NCBI GenBank assembly: GCA_002189035.1
Contig: NEEC01000015.1
Coordinates: 124,001 to 188,000 of the forward strand
Direction of reading: 5' to 3'
Length of the DNA stretch: 64,000 nt
Source of the DNA: Utricularia gibba
Taxonomy: Eukaryota > Plantae > Magnoliophyta
Position numbers and translations under genes: made by a program. This document shows, piece after piece, positions 14,382 through 24,994 of this stretch. The notes below the pieces were generated by a model. That model did not search any database and had not been told where the DNA came from. It was given only the letters and a program-made list of their open reading frames with translations. Each line of letters begins with the position of its first letter. The stretch's first letter is position 1.

Positions 14382-14607
14382 TTTCAGTTTGCTGTGAGCT
14401 GCGAGGCGGCGTGTTACTTATAGGGAGAGGGGATTTTGTACGCACCGGCACCGTCATTTGTTTTCCGCAGATTTTTCCTTGGGACTGTTTCAACTTGTGA
14501 ATGCTTCTTTCCATGTTTCAACACGTTTTGCTTATAGCCAATCATATTTGTTATTTTCCCGGAAGCCACATGGAGAATATCCTGTTGGACTCCGTCAACT
14601 TTGGGGT

Positions 14608-14830
14608 GCTGTACTTTATTAAAGGTCTATTCACTACTATATTATAATTTGATGTTAAATAATACTCCTAAGTATTTAAATAATATATTTTTATTTAAAA
14701 TTTTTTTATGGTAAAACATAAATCCATTTTTCTTTAATTAATCTTATAAAGATAAAAAAAAATTTTATACGAATATATTATTATTATTTATTTAACATCG
14801 AGTAAATTAAAACACGGTACTAAATATATC
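14608..14830. repeat. AT-rich block duplicated at about 16539-16800
   Basis: CTGTACTTTATTAAAGGTCTATTCACTACTATATTATAATTTGATGTTAAATAATACTCCTAAGTATTTAAATAATATAT recurs with few substitutions at 16539 onward. Confidence 0.8.
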
Positions 14831-14924
14831 TTAAAATTTCTATTATTCACACGCAAATCATGAGAAATAAAATTAGACATGTGATTAATTTAACAGGTCT
14901 CCTAGAAAGTAGAATAAGAAATAA

Positions 14925-15990
14925 AAACCCCCGCTGGTGGGGTTGGGGTAGGTATCATTGCCAAATAACAAAGAATAATTACCAAATTCAGAGGAGAGGA
15001 GGACCTGGGGATGGGTCCCAAACCTTGACAGAACTATGTAATAGTTGTTGTTTTACATATTTCATATTCCAGCGCAGAGGCATCTTAACAAATTCGGCCA
15101 CCATTTTCGTCGTGGTTGTGACTTGGGGAAGATTTCTTTATAAGGGGCATCCGAATGCTTTAATCCAATCTGAGCAAATATTTGTATTTTTTGTCTTCAG
15201 ATATTCAGATCTCCATGCTTGTATATTCATTTTTATTGTAAATATTAAGCTGATTTATTTATTCGAAACCCAATTCTGGAGAAAGTAGTAAGAATGTGAA
15301 AGGTACAAGGAAGTCAGCCTCGAAAGAGACATGAGGCACAAATTCCGTTTCATTAAGGAGCTAGAGACCAGCGACTGCGTAGACCATCATCCATACAGGC
15401 AGGCAACAGCTTCAGAAGCTTGGTGATATCCATTTTCGGCTTCCAGCGAGCCGGGGACACCAAGTTTTTGTTATTTATAGCCAGCCAACCCCCTCAATTC
15501 CCGCGGACTCCTTCAACATTGGGTTGCTTTTTTTTCTTACCCCGATACGACTGCTACCGCAAACCATGACAACGCGTACTCGAGTCTCCCAAACAAATTC
15601 TTTGGAAATAAAATTTAATGCATCCAACCACAAAGTGCTCTACTCATTCAGCTTCATCATCATACTCGCCAACAACTCCCAGGCCCAGCCCAGCCCAGCC
15701 CAGCCCCCAGGTGGTGGAGGTGGAGGTGGAGGTGGAGGTAGAGTCTCATTGCTAGATAAGGGGAGCACCAAAGTCACGGTTGATTCACAACTAGGATCAA
15801 AAAACTAATATTAATTTTTGACCGAAATTTATAAAGGAATCCCAAATTCAATTCAGGGGGTTCACAAACCTTGACGCAAAAATGTTTCTTCTTTTACATG
15901 ATTCAAGTTTACTGTTTTTTCTACGTCTTCGCAAAATAAGACCACGAAGCAAAAGACCTGCTTCTTCTCCAACTTGGTCTCTTGCATGGC
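14925..15990 (-). repeat. Recent segmental duplicate of the copy D unit (about 18245-19600)
   Basis: Long near-identical stretches, e.g. 14996-15290 vs 18311-18595, and shared upstream blocks (CATATTCAGCTTCATCAT-like, TTGCTAGATAAGG, CACAAACCTTGA). Confidence 0.9.
15353..15433 (-). pseudogene. Internally deleted peptide gene, copy B
   Basis: ATG GAT ATC ACC AAG CTT CTG AAG CTG TTG (MDITKLLKLL, as in copy D) is fused directly to sequence matching the copy D 3' UTR (CTGCxTGTATGGATGATGG). About 370 bp covering the rest of exon 1, both introns and exons 2-3 is missing. TATAAATA is retained. Confidence 0.8.
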
Positions 15991-16538
15991 TGTGCTTTCG
16001 CGAAAATGAGAAATGAGTTATTTAAAGGATTATTTTGAATATCAATCATTTTTTTCTCTTCAAATTTGAGAATCACAATCTTTTCAATTTATTTTCAAGA
16101 ATTACTATCTCCAATATAAATGTTAAAATGATAATTTTATCTAAATTTAAACATTACACAAATTTATCATTGACAAGTTTTTTTTATTTTGTAATTTCAT
16201 TTCAATTTGTAAAATAAATTGAGATAATTTCTTCAAATTTAATTTAAAAATTGATATAGATGATTTAAAAATGTTATCCCAAAGTCGGCGATACATCATA
16301 AGAGGGGTCTGAAAGGAGATGGATGCTCTGAATGTTCTTAATCCAACTGTTTCATCCCCAGGAAATATGTGTGTTTGCCTTGTATTTTTTTTCGTATCTT
16401 TATCAAATGTTTAGATAGTTCAATATTCATTTTTATTTTATGTATTATTTTTTTTTTTGCATTTTAAAAATTCGAGGTTTTATTTTCTCAAAACACAATT
16501 CTGAACGAAGCGCATAAGAAAGCAGTGAGAATGCGCAA

Positions 16539-16800
16539 GCTGTACTTTATCAAAGGTCTATTGACTACTATATTATTATTTGATGTTGAATAATACTCGT
16601 AAGTATTTAAATAATATATGTTATTTAAAAGTATTTAAATAATATATTTTATTTAAAATTTTGTTATGGTAAAACATAAATCCATATTGCTTTAATTAAT
16701 CTTATAAATTATAAATATATTATTATTTTTCAAATAATATACTTTTAGGTAAATCAATTTTATTTATATTTAATATCGAGTAAACTAAAATATGATATTA
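16539..16800. repeat. AT-rich block, second copy of 14608-14830
   Basis: Direct sequence similarity to 14608-14830. Confidence 0.8.
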
Positions 16801-17000
16801 AATTTCTTTGGTTATGTTAAATGTTATTTTCTTATTATTTTTTAGATTGTGTTTATGCTTAATTGTTATTAGAAATGTTTAATTAGAAGTATATAATATA
16901 ATATTTAACTTTTTATTTAATTTAGAGTAATTTTTCTAAATCTTGTATTTTATATAATAATTTTGATAGTTTGAATTAAGTTTTTCTAGAGGTGTACACA

Positions 17001-18167
17001 TGATAGGAAGTGAAAGAAATAAAGCAGCAGATGATGACAAAATGGATCTTCCCAAGCTAACACTCTCTTGATTTCCGAAAGACTGTAGACGCCTAATCAT
17101 GAGCCTTGACATGCAGAACACTGGAATCTCTGACATGCAACATCATTAGTGTACCAGAGTTAGAGCAAACGTTTGCTTGCAAGTCACCCCAGTCCAGCAG
17201 AACCAGAGGAACACAAAATCTCACACAAAATAGTTTAGCTCAATTCAGTTTGGACAAGTTTTAGTTTTACTTTGATTTTATTTTAGACTTTTGTTTCTAT
17301 CTCTAGAGGATTTTTTTTAGCTTCTCTCTATAACCTTATTTCCATTTTCTCTAGATTGTATGGTCGTTCACGGTTAGAAACTCACGTTTCTGGGTTGGGA
17401 TACTCTCAGATCTATGTTTCGTTAGCTTATCTTCATCTCTTCTTTAAATCCGAACGAGTTTCGAGTTGTTTTCACGCGACTATGTTACAGTATTTCTGTA
17501 ACAGCCTCTTTATTCAAGACTCATGGTTAACTGATCACTACCCGCGAGTTTTGGAGAGTAGCAAGGTGGAGATCACAAACTCATGCACTTTTGGTAGGAG
17601 TAATACAACGTTTGGTGTGTGGTCGTATCTTAAGATCAATGGATAGATAGTGACCTCATATCTGTACTCATTGAGTTATTGGCAACACTCGGGCACACTT
17701 GCATAATTCGGACGTGAGGGTACACTAACAGGATCTCTTATTCTCACGTTCATCCAAGGAAGAGCAACATCGGGCTATTTCCATATCTTCTTGCAAGAGA
17801 GTGTAAGGGAGGGTAGACAATTCCTTATTCTTATAACCGAGTAATCGAGAAGGCCAAAGAAGAGTGAAGATGAAACAAACATAGCTGGACATGATTCCAA
17901 ACCCAAAAACATTTGTTTTATTCAAGGTTCATCGTTTACGTTTATTTCAGTTGTTTATTTAAAACCCTCTTATCCCTTTACTCAAGCTTCATCATTTATG
18001 TTTCTCACACCTTTACTTTACAAAACCGTTTATAAATCGTGACAATTGTATTCGGTGTAACATCATCATTCACTGAAAAACAAATCTCTGCGTTCGATAC
18101 TCATATTATGGTTTGTGTTTTACGAGTTTTAAAATATTAAAATTTGTTGTGGAAACGATATGCATCA
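17001..18167. mobile_element. Probable solo LTR (Ty3/gypsy-like) within the peptide array
   Basis: About 1.17 kb non-coding insert with TGAT...ATCA termini and a 3' end (CTCTGCGTTCGATACTC...GATATGCATCA) reminiscent of plant gypsy LTRs. No matching 5-bp TSD was found (ACACA vs GAATT), so the boundaries are tentative. Confidence 0.45.
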
Positions 18168-18780
18168 GAATTTTATACTCGCTATAAATTAGAATGAGAA
18201 GAATATTGTAATCGATATTGAGCTTCATCATGTTAGTGGGCAACAACCCCCCGTGGTGGGGTACGTATCAATGTCATTGCTGAATAAGAAAGAATAATTA
18301 CGAAATTGAGAGGAGAGGATGGACCTGGGGGTGGGTCCCAAACCTTGACAGAAATATGTTACAATTGTTGTTTAACATATTTCATATTCCCGCGGCCGCG
18401 CAGAGGCATCTTAACCAATTTGGCCACCATTTTCGTCCTGGTCGTGACTTGGGAAGATTTATTTATAAGTGGCATGGCCATCCGAATGTTTTAATCCAAT
18501 CTGAGCAAATATTTGTATTTTTTTTCTTCAGAAATTCAGATCTCATTTTTATTGTAAATATTAAGCTAATTTATTTATTCGAAACCCAATGCTGAAGGTA
18601 GTAGTAAGAACGTGAAAGCTACAAGGAATTCAACCTCGAAAGAGACATGACGCACAAATTCCGTTCCATTAAGGAGCTAGAGACACAGCGACTGAAACCA
18701 TCATCCATACAAGCAGGATTCGATCCAGTAACATTCAATCCAATGCTGCCGAGATTCCGGATCCACATCCATCCTTCACT

Positions 18781-19117
18781 TTATGGGTGGACTAGATGAT
18801 CGTACGGCGGATTAGGGGAGAGGAGGGGTCCATGATCTATCTATCTATCATAATTGAAATGAAATGATTTACCTGGCGGACGAGGATGCGGTGGTGGTGG
18901 GGATGGCGGATTTGGGCGGCGTCCCGATGGTGATGGGGGGACAGGCAGAGGTCTACAGGATGCTGAAAGCACGTATAACTTACTTACAAATGGGGGCGTA
19001 TGCATGTAAAACAAAGCGAGCAACATAATGCTGTATTTGATGATTACCGGAAAGGATGGCTGAAGAGATGACCACGAGAAGCAGAAGCAACAGGTGCACA
19101 AGCTTGGTGATATCCAT
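18781..19117 (-). CDS. Small secreted Pro-rich peptide, copy D (56 aa)
   Basis: Exons 19117-19048, 18962-18873 and 18791-18781, joined by two phase-1 GT-AG introns (85 and 81 nt): MDITKLVHLLLLLLVVISSAILS-ASCRPLPVPPSPSGRRPNPPSPPPPHPRPP-VHP*. TATAAATA about 50 bp upstream of the ATG. Confidence 0.75.
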
Positions 19118-20583
19118 TTTCAGCTTTCAGCGAGTCGGGCGCAAGACTGTTTTTTATTATTTATAGGCAAGCCAGCCTTGGACTGCTTCAACTTTGGGTT
19201 GCTTTACTTTCACGACTCCTCAAAGTCAAGACTGCTACTGATAGTTGAGTCTTGCAAACAAATGTTCTGGAAATAAAAGTTAATTCATCGCGTAGAATAG
19301 AATGACAACTACAAATACTGTTAGTACTCCATATTCAGCTTCATCATCTAACTCGCCAACGAAGCCCATCTGATGGAGTGTCTTTGCTAGATAAGGAAAA
19401 AAAAAAAAGCACCAAATTCAAGGTTGATTTACCACAAAACTAATCAATCATATTCAGTATTAATTTTTTAAAGTATATGAATCACAAATTCAACCGAGGG
19501 GCTCCACAAACCTTGATGGAAGTATATTATAATTATTTGTTTCATATTCGCTTTTCTCTACGCGTTGAAAAAAACCAGATGACGAATTTGGTCTCTGTTT
19601 TCGGTATGCGATGCGAATTCATAGGATTATTTTGAATAACAGTCATTTCTTTCTCTTCAAGTTTGATAATTACTATCTTATCAATTTCTTGAATTTAAAA
19701 GTTATATAAATTAACCAGTAACAAGTTTTTTATTTTGTATTTTTATTCTAATTTCTAAAATAACTTATTTTTTATTATTTTATTAATATTTTTAAAATTA
19801 TTGACAGCTTTATTCTTTTTTATTTAAACTGTAAAAATATAAAAATTGTTACAAAAAATGTAAATTATACTATTAAATTCTTATATATTTCACTATCATA
19901 AAAGTTGACTGCAGAATAGGGATATTTTCAATAACATCCATCTTAGTAACACAAAATTTGAAGAATCACTCTATTAACAATAGAAATTAAATTAATAAAA
20001 AACATATATATAATAATAATAATATACAAGTATATTTAATTTTAAAAAATAAATAGAATATGAATAATGTAATTATCTATATCTAAAATTCATTATTACG
20101 GATCAAAAAAATGGATATTAATTTTCAGGAATTAATTATTGCCATCCAAATTGATCATAAATTCAATGTATCGGACCACGCGTTCCCGAAATAAAGTTGC
20201 CTTTTAAAAAGCAGTATCGAATACTCCAAAAGGATACGCCACTAAAAGAGAAATCCACTCTACAAAGTTTCATGCACATCGTCTCCTTCTTAAAGTTACC
20301 CTACGTGAAAATGTCGTAGATATTAACGAGGTTGCTTTTTTGTGTTTTTTCTTGCAATGAAAAAAGATGGAGGGTGTAAGAATAAGGAAGATCCAATCAC
20401 ATCCTTGCTACTGTAATGTTTTCGAATTGTTGGGCCACCATTCAATCACTACCGAATACAGTGATATGAATACAACCCGATTCCATGTATTCAAGTTTGA
20501 GAATGGAAGAACAATTCCTAATGATGATAATTATATCAAATACAAATTGCTAAATAAAGGAGGTTGTGGTTCTGATGACACCT

Positions 20584-20846
20584 TTACGGATAGCCTGTCC
20601 GGTGGCGCGAGGGAGATGGAGTAGGGGTCGATGATGCGCCGACCATGGAAAACTGAAATGGCCGCCCGGCTTACCAGCTCCCGGTGGTGGCGGCGGTGGC
20701 GGGTCAGCTCGGCGCGCTATCCCAGTGGTGAAAAATGGTTACAAAGAAGAGGCCATCATGGTTATTATTTATACATGCGTACCTGATCCGATGGGTGAAG
20801 AGACGAGCACCAGAAGCAGTAAGAGCTTCAGTAATTTGTTATCCAT
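20584..20846 (-). CDS. Small secreted Pro-rich peptide, copy E (38 aa)
   Basis: Exons 20846-20783, 20716-20675 and 20594-20584, joined by two phase-1 GT-AG introns (66 and 80 nt; second donor G|GTAAGC): MDNKLLKLLLLLVLVSSPIGS-ARRADPPPPPPPGA-GYP*. Confidence 0.75.
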
Positions 20847-21444
20847 TTCCAGTTCCTGGTTCTGGTGAGGTGGGAATAGAAGCCCTCTTCTTCTCCGGGA
20901 AGTCACAGTGCGAATTTCTGCTTTATTGAATAGAATAGAATAGAATAGAAAACTGAGATGCTCGGCCCAATTCTCTCTCACCCAGTGGACTGATGGTTGC
21001 CATTTCCTACGCAAAGACAAGATCGGATCGGAGTAGACATCAAGAGTCTTGTCTGGTGTCGACCATTCAATGTTCTTATAGACGACCTGAGCGGAAAAGT
21101 AATCTCATCCATGGCACAGAAACTTGGTAGAATTGGAGAATTAGAGGAGAGAGAGAATTAATAGTTTAGATATATTTGTGTAAATTATTAAAATAATGTA
21201 TTTAAATATTAATATAAATTTTTTTGAAGATAATATTAATTTATATAATATTACTAATTAATTATATTATAATCATACATATTTTTTGGTAATTAAAAAA
21301 ATAATTATTTATCATTAAAAAATTTTCAATGGCAAGATCAACGACAGTTGAGTTGACACACGCCTCCGTCGTGGCAGCGCTGCTGCCGGCTACGGACAAA
21401 AAATGAAAGAATACCGAAACCATGTGGCCCAAGACCGCGAGTGA

Positions 21445-21520
21445 AGAAGGCATGTGTGGTGGTGGTGGGCCCGCCCTCATCAGTCACGTTGGTCCGGAAT
21501 GGGGAGTACAGAGGACGGGG
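21445..21520 (-). pseudogene. Possible degenerate remnant of a Pro-rich peptide exon
   Basis: RPL(YSP) followed in another frame by RAGPPPPH echoes copy D (RPLPVP...PPPPH) and copy E (RRADPPPP). No intact signal-peptide exon found. Confidence 0.25.
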
Positions 21521-21857
21521 GAAGCATCGACCCATATCCATATGGACTTGGATTCTTCAACCCCAAGCTTATTGTATACTTTTTATTAATTTATTAAATT
21601 GCATGTTGTTGTAGTAAAAAATCGTTACTAAGGCGGAGACCAATTTTCAGGTCACGGATATAGACGAACGCATCATATCTGATTAAGATATCGACGTTTT
21701 GAGTGATATGGTGCTGTTGATAAAAATGAAGAAATATAAGAATTTTAATGTGAAAATCGTTGGAGAACGTAAAAATCACAAAATTGTAGGAGCTCACCGA
21801 AAAATGATTTTACTATAAAAATGTGAAAAAAAGATACAAATTAGAGTACTCGGAGTT

Positions 21858-21987
21858 CAACCCCTTCTTCTTTATATTTTATTATATTTATAGAAGAGAT
21901 TAGTCTGATCGAATTCTGAATCCAACCCCTTCTTCTTTATATTTTATTATATTTATAGAAGAGATTAGTCTGATCGAATTCTGAATC
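21858..21987. repeat. Perfect 65-bp tandem duplication
   Basis: The unit CAACCCCTTCTTC...GATCGAATTCTGAATC occurs at 21858-21922 and 21923-21987. Confidence 0.9.
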
Positions 21988-22893
21988 TTATAGATGTTAG
22001 TTATTTTATGTGCCTGTTAATCGTACCGTAATCCTGCAATCGGATAATCATCGACTATTATGACATTACTGTAATTCGGTTATTTTTAAGAATGTTCAAA
22101 ATGATCGTTGTTGTCAAATTCTCACATTTATCGGTCTATCGATCTATAATAATTTATCATTATGACTTTTAGTTCATTTTCAGTAACCGATTAACCTAAT
22201 GTTACATCACATGTAAATTAGAAATGATATCTAATTAATTTATTGCCCCAGTTTCTTATGTGAAACAGCTAAATATTCCCAGTGGTGTAGTAGGTTCCTG
22301 CCGCCTTGATATTGCTTAGTCTAAAATATTTATCGAACCTCGTGCCGGATCACTCAGCTGCGCTTTTCCGTCACAACCACGGTGATCACCAATAGTCACC
22401 CGTCTCACTTCATATTCAAGACAAGTAAGTATTCCAAGGAAGGAATCGGGAAATTGTTTGGGTAAAGGTCTTCAAATTTGCGTGCCATTTGAATGGAAAA
22501 CTAGCTTTCACATACGAATCAGCGAAAGCCATTCGGCAAAGCCAATGGTGAGTAATTTTTTCATTTGTTCAATTGGGATGTGCTAACTGCTACCTTCGTA
22601 TAACCAGGGTATTTAATTTGTAAACCCCATCTCAATAAAAAAAAAAAAAAAGGTACCCAGTTTATGCAAATGTTCTTGGACCCAAATTCACATGCATGCA
22701 TGCATCCAAATCCAGATCTTCTCCCCTTTTAAATTGTGGAACTCCCTTTTTTCAACTCGCGCGTTTGCATGTAGTATGCGACAACCCTACTGACAAGAAA
22801 AAAAAAAAAAAAAGTAACCATGGACGACACACAATTACGTACATACGCCTCTATTGCTTTTGTGGGTTGCCCTCGAATTTTGATGCCTTAGTT

Positions 22894-23412
22894 TCAAGGC
22901 GCTGGACCATATATCGGGCTTCCCTCGTTATCCGACCCGGGTGACGGCTGTGGGTCCTCCGGCTTTGGCTGTGCATCAATTTCCATCCCCGCTGGTGGAA
23001 GGATGTCCTGGTTATATGGTGGTGAGTCTTCCTGCTCGGGCAGTGGTGGTGGATTCTCTAGAGCGTCTTGTGATGGTGGGATTTCCGGCTCATGCGTTGG
23101 TAACTCTTCCCTTACTGGTTTTTCCGCCTCCGGTGGTGATGGTGGCATGTTCCGCCGTATACGCTCATTGGCGGTCGGAGATGGCATTGAAGCCGGAACC
23201 CTCTGCTTAGAAAACGTAAAGGGAAATAACATCTTCCTATGGTAGAGAGTTGGTCGATAAATCTCCAGACCTTAGTGAAATTACAGGACAACCATTAAAC
23301 CAAATTAAAAAGCACTCGTTAATCTAAAAGTAAAACGTGCTTAAGATTTAACACACGAACCTGGCAACAGCATCACCATTAAGAAAACCAAAGCTGCCGC
23401 AGAGCAATTCAT
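22894..23412 (-). CDS. Secreted acidic Pro-rich protein, copy F (two-exon subfamily)
   Basis: Exon 1 23412-23361 (MNCSAAALVFLMVMLLP), phase-1 intron, exon 2 23270-22894 (GLEIYRPTLYHRKMLFPFTFSKQRVPASMPSP...SPIYGPAP*). The N-terminal mature region aligns with copy G. Confidence 0.7.
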
Positions 23413-24008
23413 CCTAAGAAGCGCAAAGAGAAGCAAAGTCAGAATAGCAAGTGCTGGCTTTTTGAAGGAATCATCAGCCTTAAAACAGCATTCGTTTTCA
23501 CAGGTTTACTTTGGATCCTCAGGTGGAAACCGGAGGATAGGAAAGACTTTTTAGTAGTGAATCGGCGATGCGTTTTATCAAGATTTTGTCAGTCAGATAC
23601 ATTGAATGTCACATTGAAGTCATTGCATATTGGTTTATCGTACAGGCTACAGGGCAGAGGCTAGAGCAGAGCTATTCCACTAGGTTTTATCTGCAAGCAA
23701 ATGTTTCCAAACCTACTTTTCTGCTTGCTATGCATGAGAACTGTGGGCTTCAACTCCAACCAGCGTCTTGTTCTTGAGAGCTGAACAACATATCTAACGG
23801 CCCAGCCCAATAATCAATGACTTTACTGGCTTTGATGGCAAGAAAATAATTCAAATTCTCTCTTTAAAAAATTATATATCTTTCGCGGACAAGCGTAGTA
23901 CAGATAACACGGAAGGTAATCAATCGTGGACAGATGTACAACTTATACAGCTCGTAATGTTGTACTCGGGTTCTACTTACTTCTAACAGGCTCATATCCA
24001 AACCGTGT

Positions 24009-24529
24009 TCAGTTGGTCGGACCGGGTGGCGGCGGACCTTCAGCATTCGTTGTTGGTGGATTTTCACTCGGGGTTGGTGGTGAGACTTCCGGTCCTGGTG
24101 GCGGCGGAGGATTCTCGGGCTGTGGTGGCGGAGGTGGATTCTCGGGCTCTGGCGGTGGAGGATTCTCCGGCTCCGGCGGCGGTTCACCACGTCGTATAAG
24201 TCCTCTCGCCGCCGGCGGTGGACCCCCAATTGGCAATTCCCGTTTAGAAAACTCGAAAGGAAACGCTTTACGATTGTATAGTGAGGGTGGTGCAAGAGGT
24301 CGCTCACCTAAAATCAGAGAAAGCAAGCAGCATAAAGGCATGATTTGTTTTGCTCGCGCAGAGAGTGGAGGAGGAGCACTGTCCCACTTGAATGAACACA
24401 CAAATATCTTTCACATAAAACTCCGGGAGTAAGCCGTGTACCTCGAACCGCCGTGGTTTGTCCACCCCAGAAACAAAGCGTGACAACCATAATCGCCGCC
24501 AGAAGAAGCACCCCGGCAAACTTATTCAT
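24009..24529 (-). CDS. Secreted acidic Pro-rich protein, copy G (two-exon subfamily) with PEPENPPPP repeats
   Basis: Exon 1 24529-24442 (MNKFAGVLLLAAIMVVTLCFWGGQTTAVR), phase-1 intron, exon 2 24307-24009 (GERPLAPPSLYNRKAFPFEFSKRELPIGGPPP...PEPENPPPPEPENPPPPPQPENPPPPP...GPTN*). Confidence 0.78.
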
Positions 24530-24994
24530 CTTGCTCGGGATCCTCGTAGAAAACTGGATTTGCTCTTCTTATAGGAAAGACCCCGCTCTCATTTTCCAGC
24601 GCCACTGTTTAATCTTTGAACATGTGGCGTCCCGGAAAGACGCGTACAGACTTCTAGTACATATCCAGTCTCCCTTGGCTCGTATGACACAACTCTAATT
24701 GCCCCACATTTTCAAACCAATTCTGTTGATCTGTAAGCAGTTCAAAATAATGTGGATTTAAATATTCGGGAAGATAAGGCGCTGCTGCGATTATTTTAAT
24801 CTTGCGAGAGGGGGGGTAAACTGAAGTCACGCCACGGCAGCGAAAAGTCATCGCTGATTTCCTCCTGCTTGCTCCCCAAACTTCGTCTTCCTCAAGGTGC
24901 GTCATTTTCCCGGCAACCAGCTTGAAAACCGGTACAGTCATCACTTTCGAAATACAAAAATAGAACGCTCTCAATGCAATAACAATGATCGGAT

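Noticed and set aside
18841-18872. Two-exon read-through models for D (..GKSFHFNYDR*) and E (..GKPGGHFSF..)
   Set aside because: Possible as intron-retention products. Disfavoured because consensus donors, 80-81-nt introns and a conserved xxP* exon occur at homologous positions.
22300-22420. Hydrophobic codon stretch (LLVITVVV) ending at a GAG|GTTCG donor as a possible lost signal-peptide exon
   Set aside because: Interrupted by stop codons, and too short and diverged to support.
23864-24432. Gly-rich (+) and Arg/His-rich (-) ORFs overlapping gene G
   Set aside because: They are alternative frames of the Pro-codon repeats. Only the Pro frame links to a signal-peptide exon and to paralog F.
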